A stretch of 63,096 nucleotides of DNA, counting the filler, from Trichomonas gallinae (Eukaryota), in the NCBI GenBank assembly GCA_008369845.1. It is 5 parts of 5 records of this genome, joined end to end, with 100 filler letters (N's around TTAATTAATTAA, not from the genome) between each part and the next. Parts side by side here need not be neighbours in the genome. Positions count along the whole stretch, not along the records: positions 1 to 31,625 come from MRSU01001483.1; positions 31,726 to 34,035 come from MRSU01001487.1; 3 more parts are not named here. The stretch is one strand, 5' to 3'. The notes under the pieces are model-generated. The model was not told the DNA's origin and did no database searches. It saw only the letters and a program-made list of their open reading frames with translations. Shown here in pieces: positions 22,239 through 34,135 of the stretch. Numbering within the stretch: the stretch's first letter is position 1; each line of letters begins with the position of its first letter. Made by a program: the position numbers and the translations under genes.

Positions 22239-23585
22239 TTAAAGTCTAACGCGTGATACATTTGGAGTGAAGTCTCCCATCCATCTTGGCAGCTGTGTTC
22301 TTCTTGTTACTCTTGGCGGTCCGTAGTATAACTTCTCTGTCTTTGTCGCAGTGTTTATCTCTGGTGGCGGATTTTCTCTCCTAGCTGATGGCTCTGGCCT
22401 TGAAGAGAAGTTCGCGTTTGATTCTTGCTTTCTGACTGTTATAGGCCTCAGCACTGTCGATTCTATCCTTCTAACATCATCTCTGTCTGAAGTCTTCTTA
22501 GGAAGTCTGCGCGCTGATGGATTTGTATCTGCAGCAAGGTCTTGAGCTACCCTGGATATGTATGGGACCTGCAGCTCCCTGGATTTTTGAACTGGAGGAT
22601 AGAAAGGCTGAGATTCGTTCTTTTGAAGAGATAATGAGTTTCTTGGATCCTGCATCAAAAGTTTGAACGATGAATTCGATGACTTGCCTGAGCTGACCTT
22701 TTCTTTTGGCTGAGTCCAGTCGTAAACGAAGTCATAAGTATATCCCATTCTTAAAAATAGAGATCTGAACATCTGTCTGTAATAAGCGTAATTTGGTGTA
22801 TCAGTGAAATGTAATTTCTTGATTTCTCTGAAATAAGTAACGAATTCTTCAGGATATCCTTTGCATAACTCTTCTATCTGCGTTTTTGCTTTAACTTCAC
22901 ATATCTTTTCGTACTTCTGGCGCTGATCCTTGGCCTTTAAGCCCATCCACGGCAATGATCCTTTCATTAAATAGATCCAAACATATCCTAATGCTTCCAT
23001 ATCATCTCGTCTTGACTGTTCCACACCTCTTAAGGCATTGACGGACGCGTATCTTGCAGTCCCTGTTAATGATTTTCCATCTACCCATGGAATATGTTGA
23101 TGAGTGAATTGATCTCTGTATCTTTTTGACAATCCGAAGTCAATAATGTAAACTTTGTTTGCATTTTTACCTGTTCCCATAACAAAATTATCTGGTTTTA
23201 TGTCCCTGTGAATATAATTTTTGTTATGAATGAATTCTACAGCAGAAATCATTTGATCGGCGAGCATCAAAGTTGTTTTCAGTGAAAATTTATTTTTGCC
23301 TTCACATAAATGATCTTCGAGTGATTTTTCTAATAAATCGATCGCCATTACGTTATAATGCCCTTCGCTCCCGTGGTAGTACATTTGAGGTACGCTGCAG
23401 GAACCCTTGAGAACATCGTATAGCTTTGCTTCATACGGCAACTGTGGAACTTGATTTTTCGTTGACTCCAATTTCAGAGCGACTTTAGTGTGCGTTTCGA
23501 GATCATCGCATATATATATCTGCCCAAAGCTTCCAGCACCTATTTTTCTTATGAGCTTGAAGCGCTGAGCAAAAATTTTATCCAT
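22239..23585 (-). CDS. Casein kinase 1 family kinase with extended C-terminal tail
   Basis: IGAGSFG, VALKLE, HRDIKPDN, IDFGLSK, LTGTARYASVN, EQSRRDDMEALGY and LPWMGLK. Confidence 0.97.
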   Translation of the reverse strand: MDKIFAQRFKLIRKIGAGSFGQIYICDDLETHTKVALKLESTKNQVPQLPYEAKLYDVLKGSCSVPQMYYHGSEGHYNVMAIDLLEKSLEDHLCEGKNKFSLKTTLMLADQMISAVEFIHNKNYIHRDIKPDNFVMGTGKNANKVYIIDFGLSKRYRDQFTHQHIPWVDGKSLTGTARYASVNALRGVEQSRRDDMEALGYVWIYLMKGSLPWMGLKAKDQRQKYEKICEVKAKTQIEELCKGYPEEFVTYFREIKKLHFTDTPNYAYYRQMFRSLFLRMGYTYDFVYDWTQPKEKVSSGKSSNSSFKLLMQDPRNSLSLQKNESQPFYPPVQKSRELQVPYISRVAQDLAADTNPSARRLPKKTSDRDDVRRIESTVLRPITVRKQESNANFSSRPEPSARRENPPPEINTATKTEKLYYGPPRVTRRTQLPRWMGDFTPNVSRVRL

Positions 23586-24027
23586 GAAAAACGATTGCTT
23601 GAAAAGTGACAGATTTTCGATTTAAAAAGTGAATTCTATCGTTTTTCTCACTTTTTCTATTGAAATCCTTGACTTTTGACTATAATGCACTCATTATAGA
23701 TATAATAAGACTGTATTCAATTTATTTGTCAAGTCATTTCTTTCCTATAGCTTTTTTTTCAAAAATATAATATCATCAAAAAATCAAACATGAAATTCAT
23801 AACAACTATACTATAAAAATATAGTTTATTAAATAATTATGTCGCGAGGTAACTCACCCAGTATTTTCTAAAAAATCACGATTATTTGTAAAGTGTCAAA
23901 ATGTCAAATCCTTCTTTTTAGTTTATGATAGTTTAATCAACTGCTCTAAAGTTAAATTCTATATTTATAGAATAAAATATTTTGATTTCTTTTTAACAAG
24001 TAATGAAAAGTGCCAAATCGAAAACTA

Positions 24028-24405
24028 ATGTCAACAAACGAATCCAAAAAAAATTTAATCGCCCGTATACAGAATCTTAGGAAGGGAGTTCAGGCAGAAT
24101 TCAATATTTGGACATCCTTCAACAACAAGATCGATAACGTAAATAATTTTTTTATTGAATCTACAAGACAAGAATCGAAATCTCATATTCCAAATGAAAA
24201 TATTAGAAAGAAGTGGTGCCAAATTGTTTTCGATACTAAAATCCAGAGAGTTCAAGATTACCACAAAGCTGACGAATTCTTTGCATTATGGAGATATATT
24301 CAAGGATATCAAGTTAATGATCCTCCTTCACTTCAAGATGTTTTTGAAATCCACAATTCTGAGTTCATGGAAGCACAAAAAATGGCACTTCGCGAATTTT
24401 GTTAA
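24028..24405 (+). CDS. Small hypothetical protein
   Basis: ORF of about 125 aa from ATG 24028 with plausible composition, ending TAAA; no recognisable domain. Confidence 0.5.
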   Translation: MSTNESKKNLIARIQNLRKGVQAEFNIWTSFNNKIDNVNNFFIESTRQESKSHIPNENIRKKWCQIVFDTKIQRVQDYHKADEFFALWRYIQGYQVNDPPSLQDVFEIHNSEFMEAQKMALREFC

Positions 24406-24965
24406 AGTTGTTTAATATTGCGAGCATTATTATGTTAGCCATAACATTCAACTTCTAATTAGCATAATGTACCTTTTATAGCTTTGAATTTTGTTTATAA
24501 ATATCCATTTATAAAATTTACGATGAAATGTATTTCACAATGCTATTTTTATTATTTTAAAAGGTAAACTGTTGCTTGCCAATCCATTTCCACCTGAATT
24601 GGAGACAGTTTAAATTATGTTGGAGCAACTAATGTGTAGAACATTAATCATGATGGAACTCACAGATAAAAAATACAATTGGTAGACATTGTATCAATGC
24701 TTAATGTTGTAGCGATTATAATGCCAATATATTATGTAATTGTGATTTTTGACATTTGACAATAAATCGATGTTTACATGTCATTAATGAGTCAGATATT
24801 TATTTTTCACTTTTTCTTCAATAAATTTGCATCTAATGTTATAGTAATGCTGAATTCATCAAAAATTAGCAAATCTTAAAATTCAAGAACTTTATAAATT
24901 TTTAAAATAATGCTGTATATAATATATAGATCCCAAATCAGCAAAAATTTCGCGTTAACCACAAA

Positions 24966-26576
24966 ATGAGTTCGAAACCACAGAAGAAAGGGAAAAAGCG
25001 GTCGAACAAGAAACAAAAACCAGCCAGCATACGAAAAATACCCACCGCAAGGCTGGAAAGGAGTTTATTGATCGAATCGCCGCACAATTATCCTACATTT
25101 GCATTTTCATGTAAAAGATTACCTTCGAAAACGCCGTTTATTTCAACAGATCCAAGTAGACAAGTCTATCCTAAGAACCTCAAACCAATTGAAACAGATA
25201 TAATCTTTAGCGGAAAATTTGAATCTGGAAATCTCGACGCTGTTTACACTAGAGGTTCAAATGCTTACGAAATTCACATATCTCCTGATCCAAAACATAC
25301 TGCGCAGTGGTTTTACTTCAAAGCTGGTAATGTTCATCCAGGTCGTTACACATTCATTATAACTGGCTTTCATAGAGACACGGGAATCCACCATCATGGT
25401 GTTTATCCTGTTGCGTACAGTATCAATGACTCAAAGAAGGGAATTGGTTGGAAGAGAATCGGAGAAAATATGAATTATTGGCTTTCAATCAGTGGGCATC
25501 CAAGAGAATACACAATGTCGTTCGAATTCACTGTAACTAAGAAAGACACGATGTATTTTGCATATACTTACCCTTACAATTATTCAGATTTAACAAATTT
25601 CTTCCATTCGCTACCAAAATCTGTTGCAATTTCATACAGTTTGAAATCACAAGGCAATTTGAAAGTACCAATGATCTTTTGGGACTCAGATACCAGAAGT
25701 TTTTTGGAAATTTCAAATAAAGCGAATGAAATTCAGCCTGGATCAAATCCATTCATTGTCATATGCGCCAGACACCATCCAGGTGAAACATGTTCATCAT
25801 ATGCAATGGAGGGATTCATGAGAAAGTTATTTGATGAATCAAATCCTTCATCAATAGCTTTAATGCGCAAGTTTTCATTCCTGTTTATTCCAATGGTCAA
25901 CGTTGATGGTGTTGTATGTGGATTTTACAGGCCAGGACTTGATGGAATCGATTATAATCGAGTTTGGAAGAAAAAATCAAGCACAAAGCAGACAAGCACC
26001 ATTATCTCCATTATAGACAAGATTGCAGCATCAAGGAAACTCGTTTTCTTCTTAGATTTCCACGGACATGCTGGATTATTTAATTCTTTCACTTATACGA
26101 TCAAAAATAGGAAATATCCACTCACTGACTTAGCACCAATATTCCCAAGACTCATGTCTAAACATTGCCCATTCTTTTCAATAAATCTCTCTCATACTTT
26201 AGGACCAAAAGCTTACGAACGAACGATGAGAGTCGCTCTTCATCACAGGTACGGAATTCCGTTCTCATACACACTAGAGATGTCCATAGGTGGCTCCTCT
26301 TTGGTCAGACCGACCTTACAGTTCACTCCAAAAGAATATCGCGAAATTGGTCAGCAAACTTTGATGGCGATGCACGAAATGTTGCTGGTCAATAAAGAAA
26401 TCTCTGGACACTTATTCCAGGAGCCTAAACATCTTCCAAAACTTAACCGTGACTTTTCAAGTGTTGCATCGTTTAAACTAAAGAGAGTTAAATCTCCGAT
26501 TAAGTCCGGCAGGAGTCCAGTGAGGAAACACTATTCAGCCGATAATTCCGAGGCGGAAGAAAGCGAAATTGAATAA
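24966..26576 (+). CDS. Cytosolic carboxypeptidase (CCP/Nna1, peptidase M14D), probable tubulin deglutamylase
   Basis: FESGNL, QWFYF, YPYNYSDL, ARHHPGE (HxxE), PMVNVDGV, DYNR, LDFHGH and YTLE motifs. Confidence 0.93.
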   Translation: MSSKPQKKGKKRSNKKQKPASIRKIPTARLERSLLIESPHNYPTFAFSCKRLPSKTPFISTDPSRQVYPKNLKPIETDIIFSGKFESGNLDAVYTRGSNAYEIHISPDPKHTAQWFYFKAGNVHPGRYTFIITGFHRDTGIHHHGVYPVAYSINDSKKGIGWKRIGENMNYWLSISGHPREYTMSFEFTVTKKDTMYFAYTYPYNYSDLTNFFHSLPKSVAISYSLKSQGNLKVPMIFWDSDTRSFLEISNKANEIQPGSNPFIVICARHHPGETCSSYAMEGFMRKLFDESNPSSIALMRKFSFLFIPMVNVDGVVCGFYRPGLDGIDYNRVWKKKSSTKQTSTIISIIDKIAASRKLVFFLDFHGHAGLFNSFTYTIKNRKYPLTDLAPIFPRLMSKHCPFFSINLSHTLGPKAYERTMRVALHHRYGIPFSYTLEMSIGGSSLVRPTLQFTPKEYREIGQQTLMAMHEMLLVNKEISGHLFQEPKHLPKLNRDFSSVASFKLKRVKSPIKSGRSPVRKHYSADNSEAEESEIE

Positions 26577-29221
26577 TAATATTTTTTATATTCACTCATA
26601 TTTCTGTTTGATAAATGTTTTCATATATACTGACGTATTTAGTGTATTTTATCACGTGATAAAAAGCTTAACCCCACAGGTTTATTTGTTATCGATTGAA
26701 AATTGATATTATTATCGTTTGTATCATTTGTAGCATGCTACTATTCGAATTTTGGTGTTTTTGATTATAAGATTTTCAATTAACCTAATTTTGTGAATGA
26801 TTTTATATTTTACCAACAAAAAATGATATGATGCTCATTTTATAGAGAAAACCCAGTAGTTTAGATGTGAATCATAAAATTTGTAAGATTGTTTTTGATA
26901 AGACATCGGTCTTTATTCAGAAAAAAAATTGAGCTAGAAAACCATCTTTTATTAAAGCCCATTAACAACAGATTTTAAATTATCGATGGTCAAAGAAAAG
27001 ACTGTCATGTCGGATTTATCTTAATCGTTTAATTTTTTTCAATTCATAAAATATTATTTTTATTTTTTAAAAATTATGATAAAAATGATCGACAAGTGAA
27101 ACAATGTGATATTGTTTATTAACCAAATTGAATGCAAAGCGGATAAAGAAGTCACTTTTGTTGTAAATAAGTGTCAGATCCTTGAAACCTTAATATTTCG
27201 GGCTAAAAATTAAAATATAAGCTTATTTATTGTAATGGATTGTAATTTTAACTATTTTTGACGCTAATTATATAATCGAATTGAATGTTGACATTTTTTT
27301 CTCAAAAAGTTTATAAATTCAATACAAAATTGTTGTATTTAAAGATTGAAATTTCGATCGAATATTAGGACCATATACAGCATTCTTTTTCGATGTAATA
27401 CGATCAATTTCCAAAAATGAGCAAATAAATACAACGTGGTAATTGCTCAATTATGAAAATAGTTTATTATCATTATTAGTATATTTATTATGGCTGGATA
27501 AAAACTTATCGCTGACCTTTTTATCTGGAAATAAAGTCAACATTGTTGTGATATTGCGGTTCTTTTATGTAAAATTGGAATTTTAATGAAAAAAAAAATA
27601 TTTTGATCGATATAAATCAATTTCCAAATTGAATACGCTTGTATTTTTTGTATGCTGACATACTCTTACAAGTGAGGTTCGACTGGTCATAGTCTGCTGA
27701 CCCAACTCCGTAAATTAAAAAAATTAAAATTCATAAATTCTGAGGAGAAAAAAGAGATTTTTGTACTCAATTCTAAAAGTGCAATGACCAAAATTTTGGA
27801 TAATATATCAGCACCATGTGGGGAATATATTCTCGAACCTAGGAAAAATAATTTTTGAGGTACCATTTTTTTTGTATGAATTCATGAGTAATTTATTAGC
27901 GAAACATGAGTTTATTACAAATCTATTCGATTCAGTATACTCAATATATGCAAAATATAACATGATATCAATTATTAAGAGCAATTCTCTATATTTTAGA
28001 TTAAATCTCTCTTTTGTATTCTAATTCGGTTTAGATATTGTGTTACTCGGTTTAAACAGTGATAAAATATATATAAGATCGATTTATTTTCACTTCCTAA
28101 ATTAGGAATATCCGAAAATCTCAAAATCCGAAATTATGAAGGCCATCAATAAAATGTATATTAACTAAAGGTTTCACAGGTGAACGAAGGATATTTGGAA
28201 AACATTTCTAATTTCTAAAATTTTCATACATTGATGTATCATCAGTTTAATATGTTCGTTATATACATAACTCCGAAACAATCATTATAATAAACTCCGA
28301 AGAGGTTTCAAAAAAACAAAATAATTTGTAAAAAAAAAGTTAAATAAATCATGAATTATTAATCTCAAACATTTAAAATTAATTTCTTAAATGTTTCTAT
28401 CTACTCACAAGCTTTAAATTTGTTTTCAAATGATATCTTATATATGAAATTGATAATTTAAACATGATAAATCCAAAATACACAGATATGTGATATAAGT
28501 TCTATGATTTTGTTCCTTTTATTAAAAACTCATTCAATTTTACGCTAATATCAAAATAATATATTAATGTTATATATCAAATGGTACCATTTTATAGGGC
28601 TGACAGATTTGTGAATTACAGTAGTGATCGTATTGACAGACTTACAACAAAAAACCGAGACTTTTCAATTTTTCAAAGAAATGAGCAGTTTTAAACGTTT
28701 TTAAGTTTGCAGAAACTTCATATATGTGCAGAATACTCTAAGTCGAATCGAACGAACCACTTGACAGATCCTTTTTGGACATCATAAATTGAAATGGGCT
28801 TTCAAATATGATTTTGCTTCATGTTCATTCGGCATAGTTAACTGTTTCCTACATCAATACTGCCAACAATAATTTTTTTTCAGATCCCATCACAAATCTA
28901 AAACATTGCAATTGATCTTATGTACAGCCAACTGTGAAAAATCATAATTACAACAATTTTATGTTTTGAAAGGTTTATCAATACTTCATTTTCATAAATC
29001 TTATAATTTTCTTCTTTTACAATGTATAATGGATCATGTTTAAGCGGAATTCAAAGACTTCTGAATTAGTTTTTGAGAAGTTTAATAGTAGAAAAAAAGC
29101 GTATCCTTAAATATACCCTTAATGTGATATCACAGTCAACGGATACAAGTGTCTCAACTATTGCGGTTATCCCTATTTCAAATTTGCGAAATGTAATTTT
29201 GAAAATACTTCAATTTTTTTA

Positions 29222-29707
29222 ATGCACGGTCACAGTAAGCGAGGGATCATAAAACAGAAATGGTCTATAGAAGAAGATCAGATGCTTGTGAACGCCGTAG
29301 CAGACATTGGACAATACAATTGGAAATATATATCAACGCGTGTGCCAGGACGATCTGCGAAACAATGCCGTGAAAGGTGGATTGGTAAGCTTAATCCTGA
29401 CAACACTAGAGACAAATGGAGTGCGGATGAAGATAACTTGCTGATCTCACTTCACGGAATTTTCGGGAATCAATGGACAGAAATCAGTAAATCAATGAAG
29501 GGTAGGTCAATGATTGCTGTCAAGAACCGTTGGCACTGCCTAGTGAAAAAGGAATACCACAGAGTAGAAAAAGAAATTCAAGCATTAGAACAAGAATATA
29601 ATAAATATGCAGAAGAACAAAGTAAGAATAGTGAAAAGGAATTAGAGATAAATCAAGACCTTTTATGGCCTGATATTGACATTTTTGGAGAAAATATTCC
29701 ATTCTAA
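29222..29707 (+). CDS. R2R3-Myb transcription factor
   Basis: KWSIEEDQML...WKYIS...GRSAKQCRERW and KWSADEDNLL...GNQWTEIS...GRSMIAVKNRW. Confidence 0.93.
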   Translation: MHGHSKRGIIKQKWSIEEDQMLVNAVADIGQYNWKYISTRVPGRSAKQCRERWIGKLNPDNTRDKWSADEDNLLISLHGIFGNQWTEISKSMKGRSMIAVKNRWHCLVKKEYHRVEKEIQALEQEYNKYAEEQSKNSEKELEINQDLLWPDIDIFGENIPF

Positions 29708-30407
29708 TTTTTCATCGTATGTAAATAATAAATCGGAATTATCAATCAGTAGTAGAACTCAATTTTTAGTAAATGTAATTTCATCCCGTTTTTGTATTAT
29801 TAATTTTTTTATTCAAGGTATTCACAGGTCTGAGTAGTCAGATATTGATTGGAAAAAGTTTTCATATGTCATATCTTAATTTAAATATGCTTTATTTATT
29901 TTTCACGACCAAAAAATATCTATTAATTAATAAAATATATATTTATACATGAATATAATATCACATTGATGCTCTATTTACATGGGTAATCACGACAATG
30001 CTTGAATTGTTAAATAAAATTGTTTTTTAATATTATAGTGAATATCGATTACACTGATAGACTTTTAAAAAGAGCATTGTCTTCAAAATCGGCAATTGAA
30101 CATCCGAGATAATAACGATTAATTTTCAATAAAATTTATTTCGTAATAATGGAAGAAAAACTCCATGTCATTGTATTTATATAACATTTGGCAGATACAA
30201 TGGCTGTGGTAGTTTCGGCTGAAAACGATCTCTAAATTTGAAAAATAATTAATTGATTATTTTGTTGATCACTCTTGAATGCTGAAACACCATGGCCCGG
30301 GTCTAAAGAATGAGCGTTAAAATGGAGTTTTTTGCCTTATATTGTCATTGCGCTCAAAATAATTTTTTGTCATGTAGGAACCTTAATTTTCGACCGCTGA
30401 CAGTTAA

Positions 30408-31328
30408 TTAAAACATCTTTTTGTTATATTTGAGGGCCCTTTTGCCGAATTCTGCTGTGAAATATTTGCAACAATTAATTCTTTTTTGTGTGTGATCTGA
30501 TTGTGTTGAGAAACCTTCTTTAGACACTGATGTGCCGTTTATTTTTAGGTAAACTGGTGATACTTGGTACTCTAACGAAACGATAAAGTTAATTAAAATA
30601 TCTTCACAATTATTATGTTCGTCAACATATTGTCTGTATGATTGATATTTGTCATCATTGAACATCTCCATGTGTTTGACATGTATAAAAGCAATATTAG
30701 TGATTATAACGTTATATCTTCGATAACTATCATAAACATATCTATTTCTAGTGCATTTGCGTGGTGTTGGACCTGCTACTTGGTTGGTAAAGTTATTTTC
30801 CTTGTAAATCTCGAAAGCTCTATCAATTTCTTCTAAAGCTATAGAAATGTCATCATCTAATGATAAAATTGTTTGCGTGCCTATGCTTGTTGGAATAAGG
30901 AATCTACTAGTCAATAATCTTGTTTTAGTATCAATTATCGATAAAATATCTGAAAAACGCATGGAAAGATCTATTAATTCTTGTGGTATTGATTTTGATG
31001 TATCGAAGTCATTCCAATAAACATAGATTTTGTCGAGATATTTGCTTGTTTGAGATGCAAGATTTAATATCAAGGAGCAAATAATGTTTAATCTTGCTAA
31101 ATAAGTCGGAATAATGATTGAATACTTGTTTAAGTTCAGATTTGTTGATATTATCGTTTTAGAAAGTTCGTTAAATTTGGAAAAATCGTTATCTTGATTT
31201 AAAATCCATTTAACTTCAATACTAACATTGATAGGAAAGAGAAATACACTGGATGCCATAAAGATCACCATAAAATATGGTGAAAATAAAAAATATCGTC
31301 TTCGTTTTCTTAAAAATCTTATTGCCAT
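30408..31328 (-). CDS. GT64 (EXTL2/exostosin C-terminal-like) glycosyltransferase, type II membrane
   Basis: Basic N-terminus plus TM segment; SIIIPTY..R, IYVYWN, LTSRF, ILSLDDDI (DxD), NNCEDILINFIVS and H..KR..C...F motifs. Confidence 0.85.
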   Translation of the reverse strand: MAIRFLRKRRRYFLFSPYFMVIFMASSVFLFPINVSIEVKWILNQDNDFSKFNELSKTIISTNLNLNKYSIIIPTYLARLNIICSLILNLASQTSKYLDKIYVYWNDFDTSKSIPQELIDLSMRFSDILSIIDTKTRLLTSRFLIPTSIGTQTILSLDDDISIALEEIDRAFEIYKENNFTNQVAGPTPRKCTRNRYVYDSYRRYNVIITNIAFIHVKHMEMFNDDKYQSYRQYVDEHNNCEDILINFIVSLEYQVSPVYLKINGTSVSKEGFSTQSDHTQKRINCCKYFTAEFGKRALKYNKKMF

Positions 31329-31625
31329 TGTATTTCGCTTTGTAGTATCAATAAATTAGCCTGTTTTATTAGCGTTATTATTAATAAACTCCTAAAATAC
31401 TCAATTTTAGCAGCAACATTCTAAAAAAAAATGTTTTATTAATTCTGAAAAATAAATTCTGGATGTTCAGATAGTTTAACATTAATACTGCGCATCGAAA
31501 ACAATCTCATCTAATAACGTTGTAAAAGGGGGGGAACTCACTCCTCCTTTTCAGATCGACTCGAAACCATGCCTGTTGGATACATATGGCATAGGGGAAT
31601 ATGATCTCTAACGGCGACTTTCCTC

Positions 31626-31725
31626 NNNNNNNNNNNNNNNNNNNNNNNNNNNNNNNNNNNNNNNNNNNNTTAATTAATTAANNNNNNNNNNNNNNNNNNN
31701 NNNNNNNNNNNNNNNNNNNNNNNNN
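31626..31725. other. Assembly gap with artificial six-frame stop linker
   Basis: N44-TTAATTAATTAA-N44. Confidence 0.99.
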
Positions 31726-32174
31726 CAGGCCTCAAGCACCTAACATTCAAAGTTCACGACAATACAGAAGCAAATTCTTTCTATGCATACTACAATTTCA
31801 CATATGTAGCTAATGAAACAGATGACATAAATATTACTGCCACTCATAATGAGCAAAATGGAGGATTTAATGGACTAAAAACTGCGACAATTAGACCACC
31901 TGAAAAAAAGAAACTCAACTACATTTTGATTGTTGCTCTCGTTGGTGCTGCTGTCCTTGTTCTAGCTATTATCATTGCAGTCGTCGTAATTTACAGAGAA
32001 GCTAAGAAAGAACCTGAAACATTCAATGAAGATAATGCTGTATTTCTTAATACCAATGGAGGTGTTGATGTTGAAACTGACAACCCATTATATGGAAAAA
32101 CAGAAGAAGCAGATCCATTCAAAAATGATTTTGAAGCATCTGAAGAATCATCGGTCTTCCTCACTGAAGAATGA
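31726..32174 (+). CDS. 3' fragment of a type I membrane surface protein (Bap-like); 5' part lost in gap
   Basis: Frame is open from the gap (GLKHLTFKVHDNTEANS...). TM YILIVALVGAAVLVLAIIIAVVVIY, then a cytosolic tail with DNPLY (NPxY) and acidic DPFKNDFE. Confidence 0.75.
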
Positions 32175-33579
32175 TCTTTATATTTCATTCATTTATGCGA
32201 AGCGGTTCATTCAAGCAGGTCAAAAGCTGAAAACATATATATCTTGTCGATGAAGTTGTCTGTCTCCTTCAGTGCATTAAAGGCACGATCGTAGAATCAA
32301 TAAATCTTATACAGTGAATTTTCCTATACTAGATGTTTTCCCTGTAAAAATGCGGAGTTTAATGTTGAAAATCTATGGTTCTGCTCATTTCCTGTAACTG
32401 AAAGCGTTATTATTATAGAGAATGGAATGTGATGGTCTAAGAATTTACAGTTGAGGATCATCCCAATGGCCAATACGATTTTAGCACTATTGTGAATCTT
32501 TCAATATCGAAAAAATGTAAATTAAAGCATGTTTATGATATTTGATAATTGTTGTATAAATGCATAATTTATTTTAATATTTGATTTTTATGAAATTATT
32601 ATACCGAAACAGAATATTTCAGAGGATTGAATAATGATAATATTAGATTTCAAATCAGTATTACTAATATGGTAATAATTTAATTCAGAAATCCAATATT
32701 TCGCCGAATTTAAAATGAAAACCTCAATTTTTTTAATATGGCTCATATATATAGAATATATATCATAGGTGGCAATAAGATTTTCGGTAATGACTTATTT
32801 AATTAACTGTAGAATTTCAAGATTTAATTAATATTATTGGTGTAGAACACATCGTAAAACATTATCCATATAGTATGAGGAATATCATAATTTAGCAAGC
32901 TAAGCGATATCTCAAAGCTGTAATTTTGGAAGGAATAATTACATTTTTCTTAGAACTCATAGAATATAATCTAATATATACAACAAAATCCCTTTTATAT
33001 TCATGCACACATTTGTCAGACAATTCATCAAATAATTTTTGAATAAACAAACAGACTTCAAATAACGGTTCCATTGAATTAAAAAATATCGAAATTTTCT
33101 TTTGTTTAAATAATAATAAGGAATTAAATGATTTCTGTAATGTTAAGTCTGATTTTTGAGAGAATTAAATCACCTCTCAAAATATATAGATTTTATTTTA
33201 TGATTTATTTGCCGAATGATTCATGTACTATCTTTTCGATTAATTTCAAAATCCTGTAAATAATGATATTGAGATTTTTTTACAACAATTACAAAATATA
33301 AAAATTTCACACGAGGACTGTCTATATTATATCGTAGCTAAAGTTAATTTAAATATATTTTTATATGTCAAAATTCGCTCTCAAGTACTTCAAATTTTTC
33401 TGAAAATTATATAATTGAAGAAATATTTAATTTTTATGCTTTCAATTTGAAAAATGATTTTACCGACATAGTTGTATAATATCAAGAGATGCAACTATTT
33501 ATACAAAATAGAAGAGCAAAATATAATGATGTATTCAAAATATAATTTAAAAACAATTTCAAATTTTCAAAAAATCAAA

Positions 33580-34035
33580 ATGCTTCCCTTGTTATGCGCA
33601 TCAGTTATATGCGATGAAGAGCCCCTTTTAACATGGAAGTGGATCCGTACATATAAATTCAATCAGCTTAGAGCTAATTTCGATATATTATATGATCATT
33701 TTTCAGTATCTTTCGGAGCCTATGGATGGTGGCCAGTCTTTAAAGTTGATAATAGTCAAGAGATTCCAATTCTTGGCATAAACAATGGCACTGCTGAATA
33801 TGGCGATATTTCCATTTCGACAGAAATAACAAGACCAATCGGACCAAACTTTTTATTAATTCAGTACATTGCAATGAATAATGGAGATTATCCACACAAG
33901 GTTTCTATTGCTAGTTGGACGGATGTACATCTTTTTGATGATGACTGGGCTTCAATCTACTGGTATGATGGAAACCGAGGTCTCACAATGTCGAATGACA
34001 GATGGAGTAATCATGAAAAAATAAAGCTTACTCTT
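33580..34035 (+). CDS. 5' fragment of a secreted or surface protein (Bap-like N-terminal domain), truncated by gap
   Basis: ATG 33580 with short signal MLPLLCASVIC; NFDILYD...GWWPVFKVDN...KVSIASWTDVHL.DDD.ASI...RGLTM resembles N-termini of trichomonad Bap-like proteins as recalled. Confidence 0.6.
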
Positions 34036-34135
34036 NNNNNNNNNNNNNNNNNNNNNNNNNNNNNNNNNNNNNNNNNNNNTTAATTAATTAANNNNNNNNN
34101 NNNNNNNNNNNNNNNNNNNNNNNNNNNNNNNNNNN
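34036..34135. other. Assembly gap with artificial linker
   Basis: N44-TTAATTAATTAA-N44. Confidence 0.99.

Noticed and set aside
27670..27710. GGTTCGACT T-loop-like sequence with a GGTCA/TGACC stem
   Set aside because: No cloverleaf can be built; not a tRNA.
31670..31681. TTAATTAATTAA recurring four times in the window
   Set aside because: Artificial scaffold linker inside N runs, not a biological repeat.
32190..32500. Minus-strand coding-like remnant (YDRAFNALKETDNFIDKIYMF)
   Set aside because: Short, interrupted and unassignable.
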